Assembly: GCF_009914755.1 (NCBI RefSeq)
Contig: NC_060929.1
From: the human T2T-CHM13v2.0 reference genome, Homo sapiens
Strand: one strand, 5' to 3'
Length of the DNA stretch: 64,000 nt
Part shown: one piece after another, positions 50,861 through 64,000 of the stretch
Layout of the letters: every line of letters starts with the position of its first letter
Numbering within the stretch: position 1 is the stretch's first letter
Program-made: the position numbers and the translations under genes
Notes under the pieces: model-generated
Databases searched by the model: none
What the model saw: only the letters and a program-made list of their open reading frames with translations
What the model was told of the DNA's origin: nothing

Positions 50861-51503
50861 ATTTCTCGTTTTATTTGGAGGAACCTGTCTACAAGGACAT
50901 CTTTACTCCCATTCCATGGGAAGGAGGATGACTTATCTGATTGGTGATTTTGGATTTAGTCCTGTCCTTTCTTTCTCTTCGGAAGCCATTTGGTCAACAG
51001 GAAGTACATAGGCTGGTTTCCTCTGTGGCTTTTGGTCAGGCCCTCGGGAAGAGATCTGGTCATGCCAATGTCTTCATTGAAAGAAATATCTAATTCAAGG
51101 ATGAAGTTTGTATCTGTATATCTTGCTTTCTGACTTTTGCCTCTATCTCTCATTTTGTTCTGAACTCATGAAGGAAGAGGGAGGTCATTAACTATTTTGA
51201 TAAAGCTGTAACATTTGGCATTTCAGAAGATAAGGGGAAAAAGAATAATAAGAAGAGGGTAAAGAAAAGGGTAAAAAATCAGAAAATTGTCAAACTCGCT
51301 GAAGTTAAATCCAGTTGAGACTTAGAATAAAATAAAATGAAATAGAAATTATTTGCCATAGCCTAAAAGGCATATGTACTTCTGCACTTCATCTCCCTTT
51401 TCTCTTCATGTTCATACTATGAGAGTCATAGTGTTTTTTGAACATGCTGAGCTTGTTTCTAACTCGTGGTCTTTCTACTTGCTGTTTTCTCTGCTTAAAA
51501 CTC

Positions 51504-52096
51504 TTCATTTATTTAACAAATGATTATTGAATACCTATAGCATACCAGTGCTGTTCTAGTTATTGGTCATCTCTCAATAAACAGAACAAAGATTTCTGCT
51601 AAATTTACAAGTTAGCCGAGGGCCTGAGGCAAGAAAAGGTAAGAAATTAAAAACATAAATAAATAAATGAATAAGTCATCTGATATATCAGAAAAGCATG
51701 CTTTAGAAAAAGAAAAAATGTGTAGCAGGTTAAGAGGATCAGGAACACCTGGGTTTTGGGAAGCATGTTGAGATTTTAAGTAGTGGGAGTTGAGCAGGTC
51801 GGGGTAGGCCTCATTGAAATGGTAGGATTTGAAGGAAATGAGAGAGCCATAAAGCTATCGAGGGAAGAGTTCTAGATAGAGAGGACAGTCATTTCAAAGC
51901 CAATACAAAGGCTAGTGGCACTTGCCTGCTGTGTGCTAGCCAAGTAGGCCTATGTGACTGGAACAGAGTGAACCAAGGGGAGAGTAAAAGGAGTTGTGGC
52001 TACAGAAATGGCAGAGCCCTTTCTTGCTGGAGGACATTCTAACAGCCATGATGAGTTGTGGCTTTTACTCTGAGTGAATTGAGAGATATTTTAGGG
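51504..52096 (-). mobile_element. L2 (L2a-like) inserted within an opposite-strand L2 (51430-52425)
   Basis: ttcatttatttaacaaatgattattga...ggcctcattga...ggcttttactctgagtga. The host L2 ends ctcagtaaatatttgctaaatgaat. Confidence 0.7.
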
Positions 52097-52819
52097 CTCT
52101 TTTCCTAGATATTCACAGTTCCTATCATTCCATTCTTAGCCCTGATTTCATCTCTTCTGAAAGCTCTCCCCTGACCACCTTATGTAGTTGCCTTTTCATC
52201 CTATTTTTATTCACTTCCCTTGATGTTTCTTTCATATATATTTGTTACTAAAATTATTTTATGTATTCATTGACTTTTGTCTGCCTATTTTGTTTATAGA
52301 TTTTCTTCACTAGAAGGCAAAGTCCAGGAGGATATTAATTATGTCTTGTTATTTCTATATCCCCAGATCTTAGAACATATGCCTGACATATAGTAGGCTC
52401 TCAGTAAATATTTGCTAAATGAATAGTTGTATTGAAATGGCAATAATCACCTTATATGTGTGTTTTATCCAGGAACATTCAACTGTTCAGAACTAGCCTT
52501 AGAAAAGTAAGAAGATAATTAGGCCCACACAAGTTTGGATTTGTGTGTGGAAGAAGACACATGCATAGGAGTAAAGGATGTTTTTAAAAGGATGATTTTA
52601 ATAGTTAATTATGGAATTTAAACTAGTCATGATGGCAAGTGAAGATGAACATAGTGATGAATAATGAAAACTTATGAAAGTCAAGGGACTTGCGGTCTTG
52701 AGGAGTCAAAGCATTGATGTAAGATTGCTAGAGATGGAAGCTGGAGAGCCTGGTGGTGTTGTTTATAGTGGGCTTTCTGAAATTAAAAGATCTTGTTAAT
52801 TTTCTCTTGTTAACTGTGA

Positions 52820-53422
52820 AGACACTCCAAGTGGTCTCTCTGCCTTTAGTATTTTCTCCCTTTAATCTGCCCATTCTACCCCAGTGTGTTTACTTCTCTA
52901 AAATGCAACTCAGATATACCATCAACTCCTTATAAAGTTCCCTTAACAAGTCCTCACATCTCTGAAGCTGATTCTCTTGACTTGAAAACACCTTCTTGAT
53001 GTGGACTTTGCCTAATTTTTTCTTCAACGTCTTCTCATGGAGTTTCACCCGAGTCACTTAGGTGCAGATAAAAATGACCCGATGTTACATATTGTGCAAC
53101 GTGACTTTGCACATACATTTCTTCTGCATTTAAAGCATTCTTTCCCTATTTTTTTTTTTTACCCAATAAACCCTAAGTATCCTAAGACTTAAGTGGTTTC
53201 TTCTTCCGTGAAGCCGTCTTTACCATCTGCAGAGTTAATGTCTCTATTCCCTGCTCTACTTTTGCATCTCATCTATTTTTTCTAATTTTTTTATTATGCA
53301 TATTGTCATAATATGCCTTCTCCTCTGTAAAGCAGCGATCCTAAGGAAATGGAAAGACTGAATTTTGTTTTAATATCGATGAATCATATTCCCTCAATAA
53401 ATATTTCTTTGAATGAATGCAT
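52820..53422 (+). mobile_element. Degenerate L2
   Basis: Pyrimidine-rich L2-like body ending ctcaataaatatttctttgaatgaatg. Confidence 0.55.
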
Positions 53423-55075
53423 GCATAAATGGAAGGCTAAACTAATAAACTTGTTAGGTTAGTTAACAGTGACTTCCAAAGATGCTTTTTGTTTATTTCA
53501 GTACAGGCCAGAGACAGATATTCAATTGTTTGCTGCCAATGGTAGCTTTATTGCTTCTTGCTATCCTGGAATAATTGAATTTTAACATTTCCTTGGAAAA
53601 TATTGTAGTGTTATGTAAATATGGGCCATTGCCACACAATATCTTTTATTTCCCTGTCTTTGCTTGTTTCTTTTAGCCAGAATTATCCAACAAAATCTGG
53701 CCTTAAAATTGTTTTGTTCAAACACACTAGTTTCACAGAACAGAAGTAAAAAGTTTAATTAAGGACAAGGCATAATATTAACAACAAATGATTTGGTACT
53801 GTTTTGTTATTAGCAAAAAAGTTGCTCAATAACCTAGGCAAAAAATGACAATGAAATGAAAGTAGACCTTTTAAAAGCAATTTAAAATAATTAAATTGTC
53901 CATAATAAAGTGGAAATTAATTATGATTATTAATGAAAAGATTATTCTGTTTTGTGGAGAAGCTGCTTAAGAAGTGATTAGTATATATTTCATTAATATC
54001 TTTCTTTTGGTGTTGGATAGAATTAACAGATGGAAAATATACTTTCAGAATGCCTGCTAAGTTGTGACTATGGGTTTCCTAAATATGTCAAAAAAAGACT
54101 GACTGCTGGCAGATGTGCATAACAACAAAGAAAACCTTTATATAACAAGAAAAGTCCATATGTTTTAAATGATGTCAAAATACACAGGAAAATAAGGCAT
54201 GTCTGAATATGGTAGCTGGTGGCATTGTCAATAAAATCACCTTGCTTGGCATACTTAAGACATATTTCTCATGTATAAAATCCTATAAGTTTGTGAAAAT
54301 GTGCAACGCTAATGACACATACAACAATTTAAGTTGAATTCCTCAGAATTTCAAGATTTTTCTCAATCAAATGCAAATGACATTATCTCTTTGAAACATG
54401 GCTACTTCTTGTTTTATTCAAATAGTTTTTCAGGCTTTCTGTTAGGCACCATGGCCTGAAACATATAAGAAAAAACACAGATTTTTTTTTTTTTAATGTG
54501 TGTCTAACTGGAGATAAAAGAGATTTACTCTTTTTCTAGCTGCAACTATTCGATTTTACTTTTCTTTTTATGGGAAAGTTGTTGCTCAGCTTTCTTTGGA
54601 AAAATTGCTTTTGAATTGGGATACTGAGACTTGGTACAAAAGGTAGTGTAACATTCTCTTCAAGCTTATCTCTCTGCAATTAAGTAATCAGAAAGCACAG
54701 ACATTCATAATTTGCTAAAAATAATTTTGTTTACATAATTTTTAAATTATGAGAATGACTAACAACAGTGAAAAAAAGATTCACCCACAAGCATAATCCA
54801 TTTCTTATTCATCAAGATGGATCATTTGAAAGCTCAATTTACTTTGTAAAAGTGAATAAAAATTTAATGAATAAGGAGGACATTAAAGAATGTACAATAC
54901 TCACAGCTGTGGATATAAAAGTACAGGAAGAATAGGGAAATATAGAGAAATAGAACTTTAACAACATGGAAAGTACTGTTTTTCTCCCAAATTTAATAGT
55001 TCAATAGATGATTGAAAAGTTAGTGTTTAGTTTCTTACAGTCCACTGTATAATTTTACATTAAATGTAATATTTT

Positions 55076-55401
<326 letters not shown>

Positions 55402-55855
55402 TAACAGTTCATTTTATTGTATCTTATAGTGATGATTAACTAATAATTAAAATAATTACAATTAATACTATTGATGCTTGGGAAAAAGGGATATCAGGCT
55501 GACCGATGAAAGCATGTCCAAATTTCCATGGCCTGGTCTGCAAGAAGCTTGGGCCCAATAAGTTGCATTCTAATACAAACATATTTTTGTGGAGAAGCCT
55601 GGAAAATTTATTTTACCTAGCCCAAACCCTCTAAAAGGCCTAGAGAAAGATAGCTTATATCTCTTTATATGCCTCTTAGGCTCTTGGCGTGTGATAGGTA
55701 CTATCTTGTACCATAAATCTTGGAAAACTGATTATTTAAAACAAAATGTATGCACTTTATCTTGTTAAATAACATGTCATTTGATTGCATATTTAGGAAT
55801 ATATTATGCTTCTTCATAAATGATACCATAGTGTTGCTAGAATACTAGAAGTAAA

Positions 55856-56156
<301 letters not shown>

Positions 56157-58089
56157 TAAATAACAGAATACTACAGGTATTACAGTAATACTTGCATTTA
56201 CTTTGAGTTACTTGGAGATCTATTTTGGGGGAGGGATTTTGCTTCTACAGAATGGAGTTACAGGTATCAAATTGAGCAAGTGTGGGATAAATGTTGGCCC
56301 ATTTTAAGAAAATCTTTAAAAAATACTACTTGCATTGTAGAGCAGTGGAGTAGACATTGCTAGTGTTTGCCACACAAGCATATCTGCCATTGGAAAAGCC
56401 TCTTTCTTTCCTATTCCAGTGTGATTTTTCAGTCCATTAATCACAGTTCTCTCATCCTCGAGAAAGAAAGGATAGCATTTAGTCCTGGCTAAGCCGTCCA
56501 AAGGCAGGAATCTAAAACAGACAATGTATGAATTTCTGCCACTTCATTTTCTCTGGCCCTGTTTCCTGTGGCCTGGTGTTGCACCTCTTCTGTGACTCCA
56601 TGGATTAGTCTGTGTTCTTAAACAAATCTTCTTTCAGTACTTCCAGGTTTTCAAATGTTCCTACCCCTGGAAAATTAATGAGAGCCAGGACACCCAGAGG
56701 AGGTTGCTGCTCATAAAGCAGGAAGCCAGGGCCGAGGAAAGGGTGAGAAGTTGCCTGTGATACAGAGGCTCACATATAACTTTGCTGAAGCCTCTTCCAA
56801 GCTACTTTGGGACTTGCTGTCTGGGTTGCTGGTGCCCAATTTATAGAGCCATTATGACATCTTGGCTTACATGCTTCTGAGAAGGGTACACAGGAATATG
56901 CTTTTCTTTACAAAGACTTAGGCTTTCTATATTAAAGCAGGTGGTCTTTTATGCTGAGGTGACATTTTAACCTAAATATGTACAATTTGCTATCACGAGT
57001 TTTATGTAAATGTTGAATAAACCAACCTATTCTGAGATATAAACTTTACAGTTGCCAGATACCATAAAAATCCTTGCTGGCTTACCTCCAATATGTTGTA
57101 AGTGAGTATTTAGAAATCAAACATCTTGATGAAGAAGAGTAGGTTTAATATCTCACAACTCCACCATGGACACTGTTTCTTCTTACATAAAAGTCAGTAA
57201 AGTATAAACTTTCTTTCTGTGACTTTTCATTAGCTTTTCAGGACTCAAAGGCAGGAATTGTTTATGGGCCAGGCTCTATTACCTCAATATTGATCCCCAC
57301 CTTTTAACGCTTCTTCAGAGATTTATCAAAACACTTGCACAAGAATCAGAGTGGTCAGAAATTGCTTTCTGAGAGCAAATGTCTATTTTGAGTGCAAAGT
57401 TAAAAAAAGAGGGGGGTTGTGACCTAACCACCTTCCTTTTTCACTTTTACTGGCACCATTAATTACAGCTCTTAGATGTTTTCCTGCCTTAGTAAATAAT
57501 AAAGTAAGCATCTTTTTCTGTGTTTACCCTGTGGTCATCGGGAGCGAGTTAGAGGGCAAAGGGAAGCTAGGTATAACGTGCTGTTGAGGACTGTAATCTC
57601 AGGCTTGACTTGTGTAGACATAACTTGCTTTCTATCAGTTGGTATATTGACTCAGGAAACTACAATAAAGCAGCTACAGGCCATGATTCTTAAATTTGAC
57701 ATACCTTGGCTAAGATAAGTAAACTCGTATGGCGTCTATCGCTTCGTCTTATCTTTAACATCTGTTGGTCCAAGAGAATTATGAACTTACCTATTGTATT
57801 TGCTTAAACTCCCCTTCTAAAGAAATTGGGTTCCAGACCCTGGACTCAGCAAGGCAGACATCTACAAGCCACACAAGTCATGAGGGCTGTGAGACTGGTG
57901 GATGAGATACAGGACAGGGAGTCTAGGGAAATTAAAAACGCACCATCAAAGGCTGAACTAAGATTGAATGCTAAGTGAATAGTGCAGTATCAGGGCCTTT
58001 CTGAAGAGGAATGTCAGGGACACTGAAATACATCTCAAGATAAGGGACTGGAATCTGGATATACAATAATAGAGCAAACTGGTCTTCAG

Positions 58090-58167
58090 TCACCCAGACC
58101 TAGACTCCAATGCATCACCCAGACCTAGACTCCAATGCATCACCCAGACCTAGACTCTAATGCATCA
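58090..58167. repeat. 25-bp tandem repeat x3
   Basis: tcacccagacctagactc(c/t)aatgca x3. Confidence 0.97.
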
Positions 58168-58671
58168 GAGATCTTGCCAGTCTCTACAGATCTGGCTATC
58201 CTCTGCAGGGAGACCGGTCAGATGCCCTGAAGCATTGGATCCTAGATGTGGGTAATTTTCACAAGGAACTGTGCAACTTTTGGTTGGAGATACAGCTGAT
58301 TAGGGCTGATTTACACAATATTCTCCAGACCTTGCCTATGGGTGAATTAAGTGTGGGACTTCACCAGTCTAACCATTAGATTATAATATATTCAGGAGCA
58401 TTGTAGAGCTGGCAGTTAGACTCCTATGACCATTAACTTCTCCAAGACAAATCCTTTGTGAACCAGATACTGAATATGACCCTGACAATTGTATGACTTC
58501 TGAACATTCCTTAGAACCTTTCGTTTCCAATATAAAACAGTAGGGCAGGTCCCTGAGGTCCAGGTCAGAAGATACATTTTCAGTGGCCTAAACATACTAG
58601 AGAGGAATAAAGTATAAAAGCCCAGGTGGATTCACATGAATGGTAGTAATTACCAACAAAGTCACCAGACC

Positions 58672-59082
<411 letters not shown>

Positions 59083-59318
59083 TTAGCATGAGTTGATGAT
59101 GCTTATATATTATAAGGGGCATCATATTTTTTGTGGTCTGTGTTTGATTTTTAGAATAGTGGGTAAAATGCATAGGGCAAAGAAGTAGTGAGAATGGGGA
59201 CTATAGTTTCTCTAAAAAGTGAGTGAAGATATGCAATGCTGATTCTGTCACGACATTGAAGCCAAAATAGTCATACTGTCAATCAAACACAGATATAGCC
59301 CATCTAAAAAGAATTATT

Positions 59319-59598
<280 letters not shown>

Positions 59599-59934
59599 AG
59601 AATTATTTGAGCAAGTAATATTTTGCAAAGTGTGCTATTAATCTCATTTTTCTCTCTTTGGGAAAGAGAAACTTGACTATATTATTTAGTACAGGATACA
59701 AGATTTACCAATTTTAGGCATTTTTATGGAAGTACTTGGATAAATTCTTTAACTGCATGCTTTATAGCAACCAAAATATTTTTTAGACCAAAAGAATCTT
59801 TATTACAAAATGACAATTTAATTATGGATATTGACATCCATGTATCTTAATAAATGTAGTTATAAATATATTTAGTTATCAACTCCAAAGATTATACCAT
59901 GGATTTATGACATGCACCTTCTGTTTTATAATTT

Positions 59935-60125
59935 AAAATGTTTAATTATTATGGGTAAATAATGGTGTATAACTATGGGGTACATGTGATGTTTTGATAC
60001 AGGTATACAATGTGTAATGATCAAATTAGGGTAACTGGAGTATTCATCGTATTGAGCATTTATACTTTGGGTTAGAAATTTACCATTTCTATTCTTTTAG
60101 TTATTTAAAAATATGTCATAAGTTT
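59935..60125 (-). mobile_element. L1MA 3' terminal fragment
   Basis: tatggggtacatgtgatgttttgatacaggtatacaatgtgtaatgatcaaattagggta. Confidence 0.8.
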
Positions 60126-62059
60126 TGTGGGAAGCTTTAGCCCTTATGACTAAGGTTTTGAATCATTTTTTTCCTGAGGTTTTAATGACTTTCTGTGTGT
60201 CTCATGGTTGCATTCCACTGGATTTGGTAGGAAAGGATCACTTTCAATAGATGACACATCTATTGAACAGTAGGAACAGAGCATGCAAAGCCTCATGGCT
60301 AAATTGTTTTAAAGGTGTTTCGGCTTCAGTCCTCTCTGCAAAGCGTAATTTTAACTATTTATTAGAGAGGAATGCTCTGTTTTGTGTGATGCTGTGGCTT
60401 TCCAATCTTAGCATTCCTGGCTACATCTTTGTTGTCTGTTGTAGTCAGCATTTTGTGCTCTGTACATAAATTATGTCAAATATTACAGTCAAAACCAAAT
60501 ACAACAGAAATATGTCCTGCTTCTCCTTGAGGGGTTATAACACAAACCATAAAATAAGTGTTGTTAAGGAAAGCATCCAAGAACCACTCCCCTGACACTT
60601 GGACAAATCTCTGACCCAGTTGTTTAAACCAGATACTGCCAATTCTGCTTTATAACCATGTTGTGTTTTGAAAGATAATTTGTAAACCTGTTCCTTAAAA
60701 CCTGGAACTGATTTTTCCATAGAAACAAGCTTTTCAAAGTTTAATAACAGTTTTCCTACCAATTTTGCCCACAAAATTTAAGGCAAAGAGAGAAAAGGAG
60801 GAACAAAGTGTTCGTGAATGTTATGTCATTGTTACCATGTATTTGACAGAAAAGCTATTTTATCATTTAACCCTCATAATCAAGTGAGAAGGTATTAGAA
60901 TCCCTATGCTATAGGTTTTTATAGACTAATACTTTTCCAGTTTACATCTTAAAATGTAGGAGTGCATCTTCCTTTCTTTAGCTGTATCAGTGAGGTTAGG
61001 CAGGAACATTTTTTCTTTTGAATAGAGGGGCTGGCGTGTTTGCTTACTCCTAGTTACAGTTGGTGGCATAACTAGGAAGAAGTGGTGAGATAGGTGTAAA
61101 CTGACAGGGAGAGTTCTTCAGGACATCAGATCAATCACCATTATCCTCACAACCACCATCTCCCAAGAACACCTCCCAAGCCAACCCTATAAATACCTTC
61201 ACCATTGCAATTACAACCACTTACTATTGCTAACCACACCACAGCTATCAGGAAAATACCAATACTGCTTCCTCTACCTTACTATTATCTCAACCATCCT
61301 CCCAATATTACTACTGCTTCCTCTACTGTTTACAGTCACCATCATCTTCCTGATGACCCTTTATTTAGCCAGGCAGCTCCTCACTCCTCTTTGTAAATGG
61401 GCCTGGATTTAAAGACAAATAATTCTGATCATAGTTTTAAAGTTCTCTGCAGTCCACCCATAGCCCCTTGAATTAGAGAAGAAAATCATGAATACGTAGG
61501 TGAAAAACTATACACGTGTTCCCCACAGAAAAACATTTCACCAGGGGAGTAAAGAGGTAGACGAAGGTAATATTAACTGAATGAGAAAAAGCTATCACAG
61601 AAGAGATTAAAGATCAAATCAGTCAACAACGTCAAAAGAGGCTGGTTATAACTAGAGAAATTGAAGGAGAAATAAATGAGAGAGCTTGGAGATACTTTAA
61701 AAGGGAGAAAAGATGAAAAATATCACTCTAATAAAAGCTCTTTCTTACCACTAGTGGTAAATTATTATTTATCAAAATTTGGGGGGGAGAAATTAGCAAA
61801 ATTTGCCATTTTGTTTTAATGTGACTAGTAGAAATACCTGAGATAATCTAGATAATAATCATTCAGAACAAGAATAATCATTCGGGACTAAACAGGGATA
61901 GAAATAAGAAAAACTACAGTGGTTGTGGGTAATCCCCTATCATGTTCTCCTCCCTCACTGTTAATGTATAGCGATATTGGTCAAACCCCATAATTTCTGA
62001 TAATTTATTGTTTCTCCTCTGGCTGGTAGGGAGAAGGGAAAAGCTTCTGGGTAGTCCTC

Positions 62060-62480
62060 TGATACTACTTGTCCCTGCCCATATCTCATGTTTAATTGTA
62101 ATCTCCAGTGTTGGAGGTAGGGCCTAGTCGGGGGTCAGCGGATCATGGGGGTGGATTTCTCATGAATGGCTTAGTACCACCCCCTTGATGCCGTCCTCAC
62201 CATAGTGAGTGACTTTTCATGACATCTGGCTGTTTAAAACCGTATGGCCTCTCTCTCTGTCTCTCTCTGTCTCCCCTGCTTTTGCCCATGTGATGTGCAA
62301 GGTCCTGCTTTGCCTTTCACCATGATTGTGTTTCCAGAGGACTCCCCAGAAGCAGATGCTGGCACTATGTTTCCTGTACAGCCTGCACATCTGTGATTCA
62401 TCTAACCACCCCGCCTCCTTTTTAAATAATTACCCAGTCTCAGGTATTTCTTTATATAAATGCAAGAACGGCCGAACACA
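62060..62480 (+). mobile_element. MST (MSTA-like) MaLR solo LTR
   Basis: tgata...atctcatg...cagtgttggaggtagggcct...aattacccagtctcaggtatttcttta...gaacaca. Confidence 0.9.
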
Positions 62481-62705
62481 CTCTCAAATAAGTTTCTTGA
62501 ATTGATCATTTCTATTTGAAAAGAAGCCTCAGAAACTTGCCCTTTTGAGAAACAAGGTAAAACTTGAAGGCATTTACCAAAAGAACAAGTTGAACTACTG
62601 TTAGGCAGAGTGCATTCTGGCCCAGTTTCTTTAACAAATTATAGGGAAAACACAAACAAACTTCAGGTCAAATGCACAATTGTGAGTGTTTAAACGTAAG
62701 CCTCT

Positions 62706-63170
<465 letters not shown>

Positions 63171-63779
63171 ATTCTTTGAGCATTAGAAATAATTTTTAAT
63201 ATTAATATATGTATATTGAATGTATATGCATGAATATTTATAGAAACATAGTTGCAGTGCTTATAAAATTCAGCCTAATTAAGGGTAAAGGGAGATTGGA
63301 TACTTTTACAGATTGTAACCAATTTAATTTCCTTACGTTTCTTATCCTTTTGCCATTCCTGTCTTTTGAAAATGTGTGGGCCCAATACGAGGCAGTGAGC
63401 CAAATAAGCAGTGTAAGTATGTGGAAAACCTGCTTTTTGTTAAAGAAAGTCTACTTGAATTTTGATTGAAAAAGGTATTTTCTTCCAATATAGATGGTTG
63501 ATCAAATATGTAAGTCAGGGAAGCAGAAAAAATTGTTTAAAATGAACCATCACAAGGAAAGAAAAAGAAAGTAAAAAAAAAGAGTTAAAATGGAGCGAGA
63601 AAGAAGTAAGAAAACTTTATATTCAGAAAAATTGTCTTGCCATTTCAAGTAATATTCTTATTTTACTTTGCTGGTGAATATATTAAGGTAGGAAGGATTT
63701 TTTTAGTCTTATCAGAATATTATAAATGTGTGTACTATTTTAAATAAATAGTACTTTGTTGTACATATTCTTTTATAAC

Positions 63780-64000
63780 CTATCTACTTTAGCAGCTTCC
63801 ATTCATAACTTCTCTCTCCCTTTGACTCTCTGATCTAGCCACAGTGGATTTCTAATGGTACCTTATTTGTACATATTATCTTACACAGATCTTTCTACCT
63901 GGGATGTTTTTCCCTCCATTCTTTCCCAAGTTAGCATATATGACAACTTCATATGTCAGGTTACATTGCCATTTTCTCAAAGAAACTTTTTTATCCCCTC
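63780..64000 (+). mobile_element. L2 fragment running off the window
   Basis: ctctctccctttgactctctgatctagccacagtgg...ctacctgggatg...cattttctca. Confidence 0.5.

Noticed and set aside
58090-58167. 25-bp repeats as CRISPR direct repeats
   Set aside because: The copies are contiguous, with no spacers.
61130-61350. CAC/TAC-rich stretch with short ORFs
   Set aside because: It is low-complexity, decayed simple repeat with no recognisable protein.

Overview
This window is AT-rich, repeat-dense primate genomic DNA. It looks catarrhine or hominoid, because it carries AluJ/S/Y, L1PA, THE1, MST, MER41 and LTR12/ERV9 elements. I cannot support any protein-coding exon, RNA gene, processed pseudogene or prokaryotic-type system such as CRISPR. 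The longer ORFs are broken L1 ORF2 fragments, Alu or LTR read-throughs, or artefacts of a stop-free TA-rich minisatellite; the other short ORFs show no recognisable homology. The window looks intergenic or deep intronic. I did not find a convincing new biological system. The most notable observations are structural or regulatory: (1) a CpG-rich solo LTR12 promoter with an apparent deletion just downstream of its TATA-like box; (2) an ~890 bp minisatellite that appears to have grown from one arm of a palindrome; (3) two tail-to-tail inverted Alu pairs, one nearly abutting; (4) several complex L1 junctions and repair scars; (5) multi-layer nested insertions. Subfamily names come from remembered consensus motifs, not from an alignment, and should be confirmed with RepeatMasker/Dfam.
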